A stretch of DNA of 64,000 nucleotides, from contig NIVC01002860.1 of assembly GCA_002269645.1 (NCBI GenBank), positions 1 through 64,000 on the forward strand, written 5' to 3'. Each line of letters opens with the position of its first letter. Positions within the stretch are counted from its first letter, which is position 1. Origin of the DNA: Macrostomum lignano (taxonomy: Eukaryota). Shown one piece after another: positions 26,601 through 39,138 of the stretch. Under the pieces are notes generated by a model. That model made no database searches. It was given only the letters and a program-made list of their open reading frames with translations, and was not told the origin of the DNA. The translations under genes and the position numbers were made by a program.

Positions 26601-29600
26601 TCTGGCTGTAGCTTCACTCTTGTGTCACTCTAGCTGTAGCTTCACTCTTGTGTCACTCTAGCTGTAGCTTCACTCTTGTGTCACTCTGGCTGTAGCTTCA
26701 CTCTTGTGTCACTCTGGCTGTAGCTTCACTCTTGTGTCACTCTGGCTGTAGCTTTACTCTTGTGTCACTCTGGCTGTAGCTTCACTCTTGTGTCACTCTG
26801 GCTGTAGCTTCACTCTTGTGTCACTCTGGCTGTATAGTTTCACTCTTGTGTCACTCTGGCTGTAGCTTCACTCTTGTGTCGCTCTGGCTGTATAGTTTCA
26901 CTCTTGTGTCACTCTGGCTGTATAGTTTCACTCTTGTGTCACTCTGGCTGTAGCTTCACTCTTGTGTCACTCTGGCTGTAGCTTCACTCTTGTGTCACTC
27001 TGGCTGTAGCTTCACTCTTGTGTCACTCTGGCTGTATAGTTTCACTCTTGTGTCACTCTGGCTGTAGCTTTACTCTTGTGTCACTCTGGCTGTAGCTTCA
27101 CTCTTGTGTCACTCTGGCTGTAGCTTTACTCTTGTGTCACTCTGGCTATATAGTTTCACTCTTGTGTCACTCTGGCTGTAGCTTCACTCTTGTGTCACTC
27201 TGGCTGTAGCTTCACTTTTGTGTCACTCTGACTGTAGCTTCACTCTTGTGTCACTCTGGCTGTAGCTTCACTCTTGTGTCACTCTGGCTATATAGTTTCA
27301 CTCTTGTGTCACTCTGGCTGTAGCTTCACTCTTGTGTCACTCTGGCTGTAGCTTCACTCTTGTGTCACTCTGGCTATATAGTTTCACTCTTGTGTCACTC
27401 TGGCTGTTGCTTCACTCTTGTGTCACTCTGGCTGTAGCTTCACTCTTGTGTCACTCTGACCTGACTGTAGCTTCACTCTTGTGTCACTCTGCTGTAGCTT
27501 CACTCTTGTGTCACTCTGGCTGTAGCTTCACTCTTGTGTCACTCTGGCTGTAGCTTCACTCTTGTGTCACTCTGGCTGTAGCTTTACTCTTGTGTCACTC
27601 TGGCTATATAGTTTCACTCTTGTGTCACTCTGGCTGTAGCTTCACTCTTGTGTCACTCTGGCTGTAGCTTCACTCTTGTGTCACTCTGACTGTAGCTTCA
27701 CTCTTGTGTCACTCTGGCTGTAGCTTCACTCTTGTGTCACTCTGGCTATATAGTTTCACTCTTGTGTCACTCTGGCTGTAGCTTCACTCTTGTGTCACTC
27801 TGGCTGTAGCTTCACTCTTGTGTCACTCTGGCTGTAGCTTCACTCTTGTGTCACTCTGGCTGTAGCTTCACTCTTGTGTCACTCTGGCTGTAGCTTCACT
27901 CTTGTGTCACTCTGGCTGTAGCTTCACTCTTGTGTCACTCTGGCTGTAGCTTTACTCTTGTGTCACTCTGGCTGTAGCTTCACTCTTGTGTCACTCTGGC
28001 TGTAGCTTCACTCTTGTGTCACTCTGGCTGTATAGTTTCACTCTTGTGTCACTCTGGCTGTATAGTTTCACTCTTGTGTCACTCTGGCTGTAGCTTCACT
28101 CTTGTGTCACTCTGACCTGACTGTAGCTTCACTCTTGTGTCACTGGCTGTTGCTTCACTCTTGTGTCACTCTGGCTGTAGCTTCACTCTTGTGTCACTCT
28201 GGCTATATAGTTTCACTCTTGTGTCACTCTGGCTGTTGCTTCACTCTTGTGTCACTCTGGCTGTAGCTTCACTCTTGTGTCACTCTAGCTGTAGCTTCAC
28301 TCTTGTGTCACTCTAGCTGTAGCTTCACTCTTGTGTCACTCTGGCTGTAGCTTCACTCTTGTGTCACTCTGGCTATATAGTTTCACTCTTGTGTCACTCT
28401 GGCTGTAGCTTCACTCTTGTGTCACTCTGGCTGTAGCTTCACTCTTGTGTCACTCTGACTGTAGCTTCACTCTTGTGTCACTCTGGCTGTAGCTTCACTC
28501 TTGTGTCACTCTGGCTATATAGTTTCACTCTTGTGTCACTCTGGCTGTAGCTTCACTCTTGTGTCACTCTGGCTGTAGCTTCACTCTTGTGTCACTCTAG
28601 CTGTAGCTTCACTCTTGTGTCACTCTGGCTGTAGCTTCACTCTTGTGTCACTCTGGCTGTAGCTTCACTCTTGTGTCACTCTGGCTGTAGCTTCACTCTT
28701 GTGTCACTCTGGCTGTAGCTTTACTCTTGTGTCACTCTGGCTGTAGCTTCACTCTTGTGTCACTCTGGCTGTAGCTTCACTCTTGTGTCACTCTGGCTAT
28801 ATAGTTTCACTCTTGTGTCACTCTGGCTGTAGCTTCACTCTTGTGTCACTCTGGCTGTAGCTTCACTTTGTGTCACTCTGACTGTAGCTTCACTCTTGTG
28901 TCACTCTGGCTGTAGCTTCACTCTTGTGTCACTCTGGCTATATAGTTTCACTCTTGTGTCACTCTGGCTGTAGCTTCACTCTTGTGTCACTCTGGCTGTA
29001 GCTTCACTCTTGTGTCACTCTGGCTATATAGTTTCACTCTTGTGTCACTCTGGCTGTTGCTTCACTCTTGTGTCACTCTGGCTGTAGCTTCACTCTTGTG
29101 TCACTCTGACCTGACTGTAGCTTCACTCTTGTGTCACTCTAGCTGTAGCTTCACTCTTGTGTCACTCTGGCTGTAGCTTCACTCTTGTGTCACTCTGGCT
29201 GTAGCTTCACTCTTGTGTCACTCTGGCTGTAGCTTTACTCTTGTGTCACTCTGGCTATATAGTTTCACTCTTGTGTCACTCTGGCTGTAGCTTCACTCTT
29301 GTGTCACTCTGGCTGTAGCTTCACTCTTGTGTCACTCTGACTGTAGCTTCACTCTTGTGTCACTCTGGCTGTAGCTTCACTCTTGTGTCACTCTGGCTAT
29401 ATAGTTTCACTCTTGTGTCACTCTGGCTGTAGCTTCACTCTTGTGTCACTCTGGCTGTAGCTTCACTCTTGTGTCACTCTGGCTGTAGCTTCACTCTTGT
29501 GTCACTCTGGCTGTAGCTTCACTCTTGTGTCACTCTGGCTGTAGCTTCACTCTTGTGTCACTCTGGCTGTAGCTTCACTCTTGTGTCACTCTGGCTGTAG

Positions 29601-32600
29601 CTTCACTCTTGTGTCACTCTGGCTGTAGCTTCACTCTTGTGTCACTCTGGCTGTAGCTTCACTCTTGTGTCACTCTGGCTGTATAGTTTCACTCTTGTGT
29701 CACTCTGGCTGTATAGTTTCACTCTTGTGTCACTCTGGCTGTAGCTTCACTCTTGTGTCACTCTGACCTGACTGTAGCTTCACTCTTGTGTCACTGGCTG
29801 TTGCTTCACTCTTGTGTCACTCTGGCTGTAGCTTCACTCTTGTGTCACTCTGGCTATATAGTTTCACTCTTGTGTCACTCTGGCTGTTGCTTCACTCTTG
29901 TGTCACTCTGGCTGTAGCTTCACTCTTGTGTCACTCTGGCTGTAGCTTCACTCTTGTGTCACTCTAGCTGTAGCTTCACTCTTGTGTCACTCTGGCTGTA
30001 GCTTCACTCTTGTGTCACTCTGGCTATATAGTTTCACTCTTGTGTCACTCTGGCTGTAGCTTCACTCTTGTGTCACTCTGGCTGTAGCTTCACTCTTGTG
30101 TCACTCTGACTGTAGCTTCACTCTTGTGTCACTCTGGCTGTAGCTTCACTCTTGTGTCACTCTGGCTATATAGTTTCACTCTTGTGTCACTCTGGCTGTA
30201 GCTTCACTCTTGTGTCACTCTGGCTGTAGCTTCACTCTTGTGTCACTCTGGCTGTAGCTTCACTCTTGTGTCACTCTGGCTGTAGCTTCACTCTTGTGTC
30301 ACTCTGGCTGTAGCTTCACTCTTGTGTCACTCTGGCTGTAGCTTCACTCTTGTGTCACTCTGGCTGTAGCTTTACTCTTGTGTCACTCTGGCTGTAGCTT
30401 CACTCTTGTGTCACTCTGGCTGTAGCTTCACTCTTGTGTCACTCTGGCTGTATAGTTTCACTCTTGTGTCACTCTGGCTGTAGCTTCACTCTTGTGTCAC
30501 TCTGGCTGTAGCTTCACTCTTGTGTCACTCTGGCTGTATAGTTTCACTCTTGTGTCACTCTGGCTGTAGCTTCACTCTTGTGTCACTCTGGCTGTAGCTT
30601 CACTCTTGTGTCACTCTGGCTGTAGCTTCACTCTTGTGTCACTCTGGCTGTATAGTTTCACTCTTGTGTCACTCTGGCTGTAGCTTTACTCTTGTGTCAC
30701 TCTGGCTGTAGCTTCACTCTTGTGTCACTCTGGCTGTAGCTTCACTCTTGTGTCACTCTGGCTATATAGTTTCACTCTTGTGTCACTCTGGCTGTAGCTT
30801 CACTCTTGTGTCACTCTGGCTGTAGCTTCACTTTGTGTCACTCTGGCTGTAGCTTCACTCTTGTGTCACTCTGGCTGTAGCTTCACTCTTGTGTCACTCT
30901 GGCTATATAGTTTCACTCTTGTGTCACTCTGGCTGTAGCTTCACTCTTGTGTCACTCTGGCTGTAGCTTCACTCTTGTGTCACTCTGGCTATATAGTTTC
31001 ACTCTTGTGTCACTCTGGCTGTAGCTTCACTCTTGTGTCACTCTGGCTGTAGCTTCACTCTTGTGTCACTCTGGACTGTAGCTTCACTCTTGTGTCACTC
31101 TAGCTGTAGCTTCACTCTTGTGTCACTCTGGCTGTAGCTTCACTCTTGTGTCACTCTGGCTGTAGCTTCACTCTTGTGTCACTCTGGCTGTAGCTTCACT
31201 CTTGTGTCACTCTGGCTATATAGTTTCACTCTTGTGTCACTCTGGCTGTAGCTTCACTCTTGTGTCACTCTGGCTGTAGCTTCACTCTTGTGTCACTCTG
31301 ACTGTAGCTTCACTCTTGTGTCACTCTGGCTGTAGCTTCACTCTTGTGTCACTCTGGCTATATAGTTTCACTCTTGTGTCACTCTGGCTGTAGCTTCACT
31401 CTTGTGTCACTCTGGCTGTAGCTTCACTCTTGTGTCACTCTGGCTGTAGCTTCACTCTTGTGTCACTCTGGCTGTAGCTTCACTCTTGTGTCACTCTGGC
31501 TGTAGCTTCACTCTTGTGTCACTCTGGCTGTAGCTTCACTCTTGTGTCACTCTGGCTGTAGCTTTACTCTTGTGTCACTCTGGCTGTAGCTTCACTCTTG
31601 TGTCACTCTGGCTGTAGCTTCACTCTTGTGTCACTCTGGCTGTATAGTTTCACTCTTGTGTCACTCTGGCTGTATAGTTTCACTCTTGTGTCACTCTGGC
31701 TGTAGCTTCACTCTTGTGTCACTCTGACCTGACTGTAGCTTCACTCTTGTGTCACTGGCTGTTGCTTCACTCTTGTGTCACTCTGGCTGTAGCTTCACTC
31801 TTGTGTCACTCTGGCTATATAGTTTCACTCTTGTGTCACTCTGGCTGTTGCTTCACTCTTGTGTCACTCTGGCTGTAGCTTCACTCTTGTGTCACTCTAG
31901 CTGTAGCTTCACTCTTGTGTCACTCTAGCTGTAGCTTCACTCTTGTGTCACTCTGGCTGTAGCTTCACTCTTGTGTCACTCTGGCTATATAGTTTCACTC
32001 TTGTGTCACTCTGGCTGTAGCTTCACTCTTGTGTCACTCTGGCTGTAGCTTCACTCTTGTGTCACTCTGACTGTAGCTTCACTCTTGTGTCACTCTGGCT
32101 GTAGCTTCACTCTTGTGTCACTCTGGCTATATAGTTTCACTCTTGTGTCACTCTGGCTGTAGCTTCACTCTTGTGTCACTCTGGCTGTAGCTTCACTCTT
32201 GTGTCACTCTAGCTGTAGCTTCACTCTTGTGTCACTCTGGCTGTAGCTTCACTCTTGTGTCACTCTGGCTGTAGCTTCACTCTTGTGTCACTCTGGCTGT
32301 AGCTTCACTCTTGTGTCACTCTGGCTGTAGCTTTACTCTTGTGTCACTCTGGCTGTAGCTTCACTCTTGTGTCACTCTGGCTGTAGCTTCACTCTTGTGT
32401 CACTCTGGCTGTATAGTTTCACTCTTGTGTCACTCTGGCTGTATAGTTTCACTCTTGTGTCACTCTGGCTGTAGCTTCACTCTTGTGTCACTCTGACCTG
32501 ACTGTAGCTTCACTCTTGTGTCACTGGCTGTTGCTTCACTCTTGTGTCACTCTGGCTGTAGCTTCACTCTTGTGTCACTCTGGCTATATAGTTTCACTCT

Positions 32601-35600
32601 TGTGTCACTCTGGCTGTTGCTTCACTCTTGTGTCACTCTGGCTGTAGCTTCACTCTTGTGCCACTCTAGCTGTAGCTTCACTCTTGTGTCACTCTAGCTG
32701 TAGCTTCACTCTTGTGTCACTCTGGCTGTAGCTTCACTCTTGTGTCACTCTGGCTGTAGCTTCACTCTTGTGTCACTCTGGCTGTAGCTTCACTCTTGTG
32801 TCACTCTGGCTGTAGCTTCACTCTTGTGTCACTCTGGCTGTAGCTTCACTCTTGTGTCACTCTGGCTGTAGCTTCACTCTTGTGTCACTCTGGCTGTATA
32901 GTTTCACTCTTGTGTCACTCTGGCTGTAGCTTCACTCTTGTGTCGCTCTGGCTGTATAGTTTCACTCTTGTGTCACTCTGGCTGTATAGTTTCACTCTTG
33001 TGTCACTCTGGCTGTAGCTTCACTCTTGTGTCACTCTGGCTGTAGCTTCACTCTTGTGTCACTCTGGCTGTAGCTTCACTCTTGTGTCACTCTGGCTGTA
33101 TAGTTTCACTCTTGTGTCACTCTGGCTGTAGCTTCACTCTTGTGTCGCTCTGGCTGTATAGTTTCACTCTTGTGTCACTCTGGCTGTATAGTTTCACTCT
33201 TGTGTCACTCTGGCTGTAGCTTCACTCTTGTGTCACTCTGGCTGTAGCTTCACTCTTGTGTCACTCTGGCTGTAGCTTCACTCTTGTGTCACTCTGGCTG
33301 TATAGTTTCACTCTTGTGTCACTCTGGCTGTAGCTTCACTCTTGTGTCGCTCTGGCTGTATAGTTTCACTCTTGTGTCACTCTGGCTGTATAGTTTCACT
33401 CTTGTGTCACTCTGGCTGTAGCTTCACTCTTGTGTCACTCTGGCTGTAGCTTCACTCTTGTGTCACTCTGGCTGTATAGTTTCACTCTTGTGTCACTCTG
33501 GCTGTAGCTTCACTCTTGTGTCGCTCTGGCTGTATAGTTTCACTCTTGTGTCACTCTGGCTGTATAGTTTCACTCTTGTGTCACTCTGGCTGTAGCTTCA
33601 CTCTTGTGTCACTCTGGCTGTAGTTTCACTGTTGCCACTAGCTAAAACTGCTAAATAAATCTGTTTTTCACCCCTCGTGCCCTCTGTCGCGCCCCTCAGA
33701 ATCACCAAGGACGCCCGGGAGGACGAGATGGACAACAACATCCAGGAGGTCGGCAACATGGTTGGAAACTTGCGCAACATGGCAGTAGACATGGGCAGCG
33801 AGATCGATTCGCAGAATAGACAACTGGACCGCATCAAAGTCAAGGTGAGCATTCTCGCAGCCGGATGCCGGGACAGTCTGTGTTTGTGCTAGTATTGAGC
33901 AAACAGCTTGTGTTAACATTGATTGCAAATCTGAGCATCTGCTCCGCCTCTGGCTTTCTAAGAAGGCTCTGCTCGTTACTAGAGGCTTAAGAGAGTTTGC
34001 TCAGCATCTCACGTCTGCGATATTGATAGACTAGAAAGGATGAAGCAGAGAGGCTGGGAGTGCTCGGCTTAATACAGGTAATGCGGCATTCCGCACCTCA
34101 CATCAATCACCCGCTGATGGCGACCCGGAGAGCCTGCTATTGATCTTCTTGCTGCGCGAGTCTGCTGGCGCTCACACTGGGATTTTTACCTGCTCGATTC
34201 ATGGATTCCCCGCCTATTGCTTGGCTTGGAATGCCTATTGTGCTGCATGCGCACTGCCTAGGGGGGAGACTGGTGTCTTACTGTTGTCTATTCAATTATA
34301 CAGCATCCGTGCAGGCTAGACTAGCAATCCATTCTATTCCTGCACTCATGCAGGAATCCATTCATTCCCATCCATTCTATTCCCATCCATTCTATTGGAT
34401 GGGATCCATTCTATTCCTGCATCTCAGACAGGCTAGATTAGCAATCCATTCTATTCCTGCATCTCAGACAGGCTAGATTAGCAATCCATTCTATTCCTGC
34501 ATCTCAGACAGGCTAGATTAGCAATCCATTCTATTCCTGCATCCATGATAGGCTAGATTAGCAATCCATTCTATTCCTGCACCCATGATAGGCTAGATTA
34601 GCAATCCATTCTATTCCTGCACCCATGATAGGCTAGATTAGCAATCCATTCTATTCCTGCAGCCATGATAGGCTAGATTAGCAATCCATTCTATTCCTGT
34701 ACCCATGATAGGCTAGATTAGCAATCCATTCTATTCCTGCAGCCATGATAGGCTAGATTAGCAATCCATTCTATTCCTGCACCCATGATAGGCTAGATTA
34801 GCAATCCATTCTATTCCTGCATCTCAGACAGGCTAGATTAGCAATCCATTCTATTCCTGCACCCATGATAGGCTAGATTAGCAATCCATTCTATTCCTGC
34901 ATCTCAGACAGGCTAGATTAGCAATGCCCAGTCCGCCTACAGCTGTCACACTCCGTATCGCGGATTTATTCACTTTTGTTCCCAGTCAGCGAGTGTTTGC
35001 TGCAGCAGTGTGGCAGTGGTTGATAAGACTCAATCAAATAAAGAGTAAAACAGGCTGTTTGTGCCTGGGCAGAAGGGGATAAATGCGGGGGTGGGGGATA
35101 ATTCAGCCTGGCAAATAGTAGCCACTTCAGTGCTGAACTGGCCTGAGATTGCGCTGGCGGATTCCTCCGCTGCCTCGGGACCCGCCTGCCTACCAGATAG
35201 ACTAGGCCCGCTATATTTACTAATATATTATGTATTAAATATGCATATGTTAGTAAAGCTTCCCCATTACATTTCCCATCAGTCTCTCAGAGCAATAGGC
35301 GGCTTCACAGTTCAAAGCTGAGCAGTTCTTATTCTTTTATGCCATCTCTCAGTGTACGAACTCGCAATGTCTCAATCGATAGGGGTTTTGCCATTAATAA
35401 ATCATAAATGGAGTTCCCCATCTGGATGCAAAGCTTGCTGGGAGACACTCCTGGGGATGGGGGGCATCATCACTCGACAGCATGTGCAGGAGTGGTGCCG
35501 TTGCATAGGCAGTCGGGGTTAATGAAATTCGAGATTCTGGGCGCACCGAGGGGGGGGAGGTTTCCATGGCTCTAGGCTATCAGATTTCCCTGTGCAGACG

Positions 35601-36963
35601 TGCAGTAGGACTTGGGTAGGATTGAGCATGCCAATATTGGTCCACCTGGTTGCTAGACTGTGATTACTCGAGTAGGATTAGGCCTGCCAATATTGGTCCA
35701 CCTGGTTGCTAAGCTGTGATTACTCGAGTAGGATTAGGCCTGCCAATATTTGTCCACCTGGTTGCTAAGCTGTGATTACTCGAGTAGGATTAGGCCTGCC
35801 AATATTGGTCCACCTGGTTGCTAAGCTGTGATTACTCGAGTAGGATTAGGCCTGCCAATATTGGTCCACCTGGTTGCTAAGCTGTGATTACTCGAGTAGG
35901 ATTAGGCCTGCCAATATTTGTCCACCTGGTTGCTAAGCTGTGATTACTCGAGTAGGATTAGGCATGCCAATATTTGTCCACCTGGTTGCTAGGCTGTGAT
36001 TACTCGAGTAGGATTAGGCCTGCCAATATTGGTCCACCTGGTTGCTAAGCTGTGATTACTCGAGTAGGATTAGGCCTGCCAATATTTGTCCACCTGGTTG
36101 CTAAGCTGTGATTACTCGAGTAGGATTAGGCATGCCAATATTTGTCCACCTGGTTGCTAAGCTGTGATTACTCGAGTAGGATTAGGCATGCCAATATTTG
36201 TCCACCTGGTTGCTAGGCTGTGATTACTCGAGTAGGATTAGGCCTGCCAATATTGGTCCACCTGGTTGCTAAGCTGTGATTACTCGAGTAGGATTAGGCC
36301 TGCCAATATTTGTCCACCTGGTTGCTAAGCTGTGATTACTCGAGTAGGATTAGGCATGCCAATATTTGTCCACCTGGTTGCTAAGCTGTGATTACTCGAG
36401 TAGGATTAGGCCTGCCAATATTTGTCCACCTGGTTGCTAAGCTGTGATTACTCGAGTAGGATTAGGCCTGCCAATATTTGTCCACCTGGTTGCTAGGCTG
36501 TGATTACTCGAGTAGGATTAGGCCTGCCAATATTTGTCCACCTGGTTGCTAGACTGTGATTACTCGAGTAGGATTAGGCATGCCAATATTTGTCCACCGG
36601 GTTGCTAAGCTGTGATTACTCGAGTAGGATTAGGCCTGCCAATATTTGTCCACCTGGTTGCTAAGCTGTGATTACTCGAGTAGGATTAGGCCTGCCAATA
36701 TTTGTCCACCTGGTTGCTAAGCTGTGATTACTCGAGTAGGATTAGGCATGCCAATATTTGTCCACCTGGTTGCTAAGCTGTGATTACTCGAGTAGGATTA
36801 GGCATGCCAATATTTGTCCACCTGGTTGCTAAGCTGTGATTACTCGAGTAGGATTAGGCCTGACAATATTTTTCTACCTCCGATCCCGCACAACCCGCAG
36901 GCGGAGTCCAACGACAAGCGCATCCAGGAGGCGAACGATCGGGCAAACAAGATGCTCAAGTAG
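7921..36963 (+). CDS. SNAP25: SNAP-25 (Qbc-SNARE), spliced; isoform with exon 1a = 206 aa, isoform with exon 1b = 220 aa
   Basis: Exons joined by GT-AG with consistent phases: 7921-8001 (or 12373-12495), 15174-15215, 17342-17390, 18409-18526, 24340-24462, 33700-33844, 36901-36963. Protein ...[72 protein letters not shown]...[68 protein letters not shown]: two SNARE helices with zero-layer Q and a palmitoylation Cys cluster. Confidence 0.97.
8568..8660 (-). repeat. Short copy of a dispersed element carrying a 24/26-bp minisatellite unit
   Basis: Reverse complement matches both flanks and the unit of 41284-41657 (GTCAAAG..., GCCATAGACAT..GGGTGTGTTAG, ...CATCTAAAAGYGCAGACATC). Confidence 0.75.
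8811..9727 (+). mobile_element. Internally deleted Tc1/mariner-IS630 family transposon, 917 bp
   Basis: 133-bp TIRs (8811-8943 and 9595-9727, 3 mismatches), TA(TA) on both flanks, and an in-frame transposase remnant at 9121-9378: ...[29 protein letters not shown] (the PPYSPxLNPIE motif region). Confidence 0.88.
10801..11250. repeat. 23-bp minisatellite (CATGTCAGCCATAAAACAATCGC)n, about 19 copies
   Basis: Direct inspection. Confidence 0.95.
12373..12495 (+). CDS. SNAP25: SNAP-25 alternative first coding exon 1b ([41 protein letters not shown])
   Basis: ATG at 12373, phase-0 donor GAA|GTGCGT at 12496; the C-terminal half [16 protein letters not shown] aligns with exon 1a [16 protein letters not shown]. 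Confidence 0.8.
12800..13535. repeat. GACA/GGCA-derived compound microsatellite
   Basis: (GACA)n grading into GGCAGGTTGGCAGACA units. Confidence 0.95.
14345..14990. repeat. 27/32-bp minisatellite (GAGCACTGGCATCAGCAACTCCCCATT[GTCTT])n
   Basis: Direct inspection. Confidence 0.95.
15174..15215 (+). CDS. SNAP25: SNAP-25 exon 2 ([14 protein letters not shown])
   Basis: TTTCAG acceptor, GTAAG donor; invariant SLESTRRM motif. Absent from the ORF track. Confidence 0.95.
15514..15993. repeat. 60-bp tandem repeat, 8 near-identical copies
   Basis: Successive 60-nt lines are identical except for one C>T at 15861. Confidence 0.97.
16495..17290. repeat. 29/32-bp minisatellite (GTCACCCCTGTCACACCTACCCAGACACCAAG)n
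   Basis: Direct inspection. Confidence 0.95.
17342..17390 (+). CDS. SNAP25: SNAP-25 exon 3 ([16 protein letters not shown])
   Basis: TGCAG acceptor, GTAAG donor, phase 0 to 1. Confidence 0.95.
17680..18295. repeat. 13-bp minisatellite (CATGTCTCACAGC)n
   Basis: Direct inspection. Confidence 0.95.
18409..18526 (+). CDS. SNAP25: SNAP-25 exon 4 (118 nt, contains KCCGLC cluster)
   Basis: CTCCAG acceptor, GTAAGC donor; same 118-nt size as the vertebrate exon 5a/5b. Confidence 0.97.
18605..19680. repeat. 24-bp minisatellite (ATAGATTGGCGCCTCCTGACACTG)n
   Basis: Direct inspection. Confidence 0.95.
20153..21003. repeat. G-rich (GGGATT/GGGAT/GGAATTAGGAT)n degenerate microsatellite
   Basis: Direct inspection. 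Confidence 0.93.
21500..21965. repeat. (GACA)n microsatellite
   Basis: Direct inspection. Confidence 0.95.
22759..23410. repeat. (TGTC)n microsatellite with TATGCC interruptions
   Basis: Direct inspection. Confidence 0.95.
24340..24462 (+). CDS. SNAP25: SNAP-25 exon 5 (linker: [40 protein letters not shown])
   Basis: TTCGCAG acceptor, GTGAG donor, phase 2 to 2; GGYVTR motif. Confidence 0.93.
24495..33630. repeat. 9.1-kb 28/30-bp satellite (CACTCTTGTGTCACTCTGGCTGTAGCTT)n with higher-order repeats
   Basis: Fills nearly all of the SNAP-25 intron 24463-33699; roughly 320 units by length. Confidence 0.98.
33700..33844 (+). CDS. SNAP25: SNAP-25 exon 6 (second SNARE helix)
   Basis: CCCTCAG acceptor, GTGAGC donor; [10 protein letters not shown]...[24 protein letters not shown]. 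Confidence 0.97.
34310..34925. repeat. 40-bp minisatellite (GCAATCCATTCTATTCCTGCACCCATGATAGGCTAGATTA)n
   Basis: Direct inspection. Confidence 0.95.
35610..36865. repeat. 56-bp minisatellite, about 22 copies
   Basis: Unit GTAGGATTAGGCCTGCCAATATTTGTCCACCTGGTTGCTAAGCTGTGATTACTCGA. Confidence 0.95.
36901..36963 (+). CDS. SNAP25: SNAP-25 last coding exon ([20 protein letters not shown])
   Basis: CCCGCAG acceptor at 36900, TAG at 36961-36963. Confidence 0.95.
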   Translation, partial: AESNDKRIQEANDRANKMLK

Positions 36964-37309
36964 CCATCGCTGATGCGCCTGACTTTAGCTGGTGTGAGAA
37001 AAATGATTCGCAAATCTTTATTAAAAATTAATCATACTAATTTTAACGCAGCCATTGATTTGCCCTTCCACATTTCCGTGTCTGCAAGTTTACAGTTAAA
37101 ATGCCTGACGTCAGCTGACATTAGTACTGTCCCCGCTGTCTCTGATCCAGTTTTTGTGCAATATTTTTTTAAAGAATTCGAGATATTCGTTTTTATTTGG
37201 CTTTACCAAATCGCTTGAATAATTATTTACGAGCGTATTCGTTAATCCGGTTTGAGTTGACCTTAGAAACTAAAAGGATAGTTGCAGATTCCTTTGGCTC
37301 TGGAGCTGA

Positions 37310-37720
37310 GATGCAGATTCAGTAGCTGAGGGAGAGCGGAGAGGCAGATTCAGTAACTGAGGGGGAGCGGAGATGCAGATTCAGTAGCTGAGGGGGAGCG
37401 GAGAGGCAGATTCAGTAGCTGAGGGAGAGCGGAGAGGCAGATTCAGTAGCTGAGGGGGAGCGGAGAGGCAAATTCAGTAGCTGAGGGAGAGCGGAGAGGC
37501 AGATTCAGTAGCTGAGGGAGAGCGGAGAGGCAGATTCAGTAGCTGAGGGGGGGCGGAAAGGCAGATTCAGTAGCTGAGGGGGAGCGGAGAGGTAGATTCA
37601 GTAGCTGAGGGAGAGCGGAGAGGCAGATTCAGTAGCTGAGGGAGAGCGGAGAGGCAGATTCAGTAGCTGAGGGGGGCGGAGAGGCAGATTCAGTAGCTGA
37701 GGGGGAGCGGAGAGGCAGAT
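37310..37720. repeat. 31-bp minisatellite (GCAGATTCAGTAGCTGAGGGAGAGCGGAGAG)n
   Basis: Direct inspection. Confidence 0.95.
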
Positions 37721-38151
37721 TTTAGCATTCCGCAATATTTTATTTCACTCGTGTCCCCACTGTAGTTTTGTCTGGTCACAAATTGTGCGGATATTTTTGT
37801 GTCGCAAATGAAACACTGTACTCTACTAGTCACATTTTTGTCAGTAGTGTGATGCGCGATTCTTTCTTGCAATTTCCCATGTAAGTTTGGCAGAATTTTG
37901 TAATTAATATATTCGTTCCCCAGACCCATGTTTCTTGGAATTTCGCAACAGAACTGTTCTTGTAAACCCATTGCTTCACGCAAGTTGCTTGTGAATCTCT
38001 TGTAGTCTAATTGTAATTTTCCTGTCATTTTTTGCATTGAATTCTTTTGCAATAATTTAACCGCAATGATACTTCAAAACATTTTGTTTTATCTACTAAA
38101 TTATAAATATACTTGCTTTGAACAGCTTGCGACAAATCCTTTGATGCTGTT

Positions 38152-39138
38152 TTAGTCAGTCAGTCAGTCAGTCAGTCAGACAGCCAGTCAGTCAGACAGT
38201 CAGTCAGTCAGTCAGTCAGTCAGCGAGTGAGTCAGTCAGACAGACAGTCAGTCAGTCAGTCAGTTAGTCGGACAGTCAGTGAGTGAGTCAGTCGGACAGT
38301 CAGTGAGTGAGTCAGTCGGACAGTCAGTGAGTGAGTCAGTCAGTCGGACAGTCAGTCAGTCAGCTAGTCAGCTAGTCAGTCAGCCAGTCAGTCAGCTAGT
38401 CAGTCAGTCAGTCAGCTAGTCAGTCAGTCAGTCAGTCAGACAGTCAGTCAGTCAGTCAGTCAGACAGACAGTCAGTCAGTCAGATCGACAGTCAGTCAGA
38501 TCGACAGTCAGTCAGTCAGTCAGACAGACAGTCAGTCGGTCAGCGAGTGAGTCAGTCAGACAGTCGGACAGTCAGACAGTCAGTCAGTCAGCGAGTGAGT
38601 CAGTCAGACAGACAGTCAGTCAGTCGGACAGTCAGTCAGTCAGTCAGTCAGTGAGTCAGTCAGTCGAACAGTCAGTCAGTCAGTCAGTCAGTCAGCCAGT
38701 CAGTCAGACAGACAGTCAGTCAGTCAGACAGACAGTCAGTCAGTCAGTCGGACAGTCAGTGAGTGAATCAGTCGGACAGTCAGTCAGCCAGTGAGTGAGT
38801 CAGTCAGACAGACAGACAGTCAGTCAGTGAGTCAGTCAGTCGAACAGTCAGTCAGTCAGTCAGTCGGACAGTCAGTCAGTCAGTCAGTGAGTGAGTCAGT
38901 CAGTCAGTCAGTCAGTCAGTGAGTCAGTCAGTCAGTCAGTGAGTCAGTCAGTCAGTGAGTGAGTCAGTCAGTCAGTCAGTGAGTGAGTCAGTCAGTCAGT
39001 CGAACAGTCAGTCGGACAGTCAGTGAGTGAGTGAGTCAGTCAGCTAGTCAGTCAGTCAGTCAGTCAGTCGAACAGTCAGTCAGTCAGTCAATCGGTCAGT
39101 CAGTCAGTCAGTCAGTCGGTCAATCAGTCAGTCAGCGA
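38152..39138. repeat. (CAGT)n microsatellite
   Basis: Direct inspection. Confidence 0.95.
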
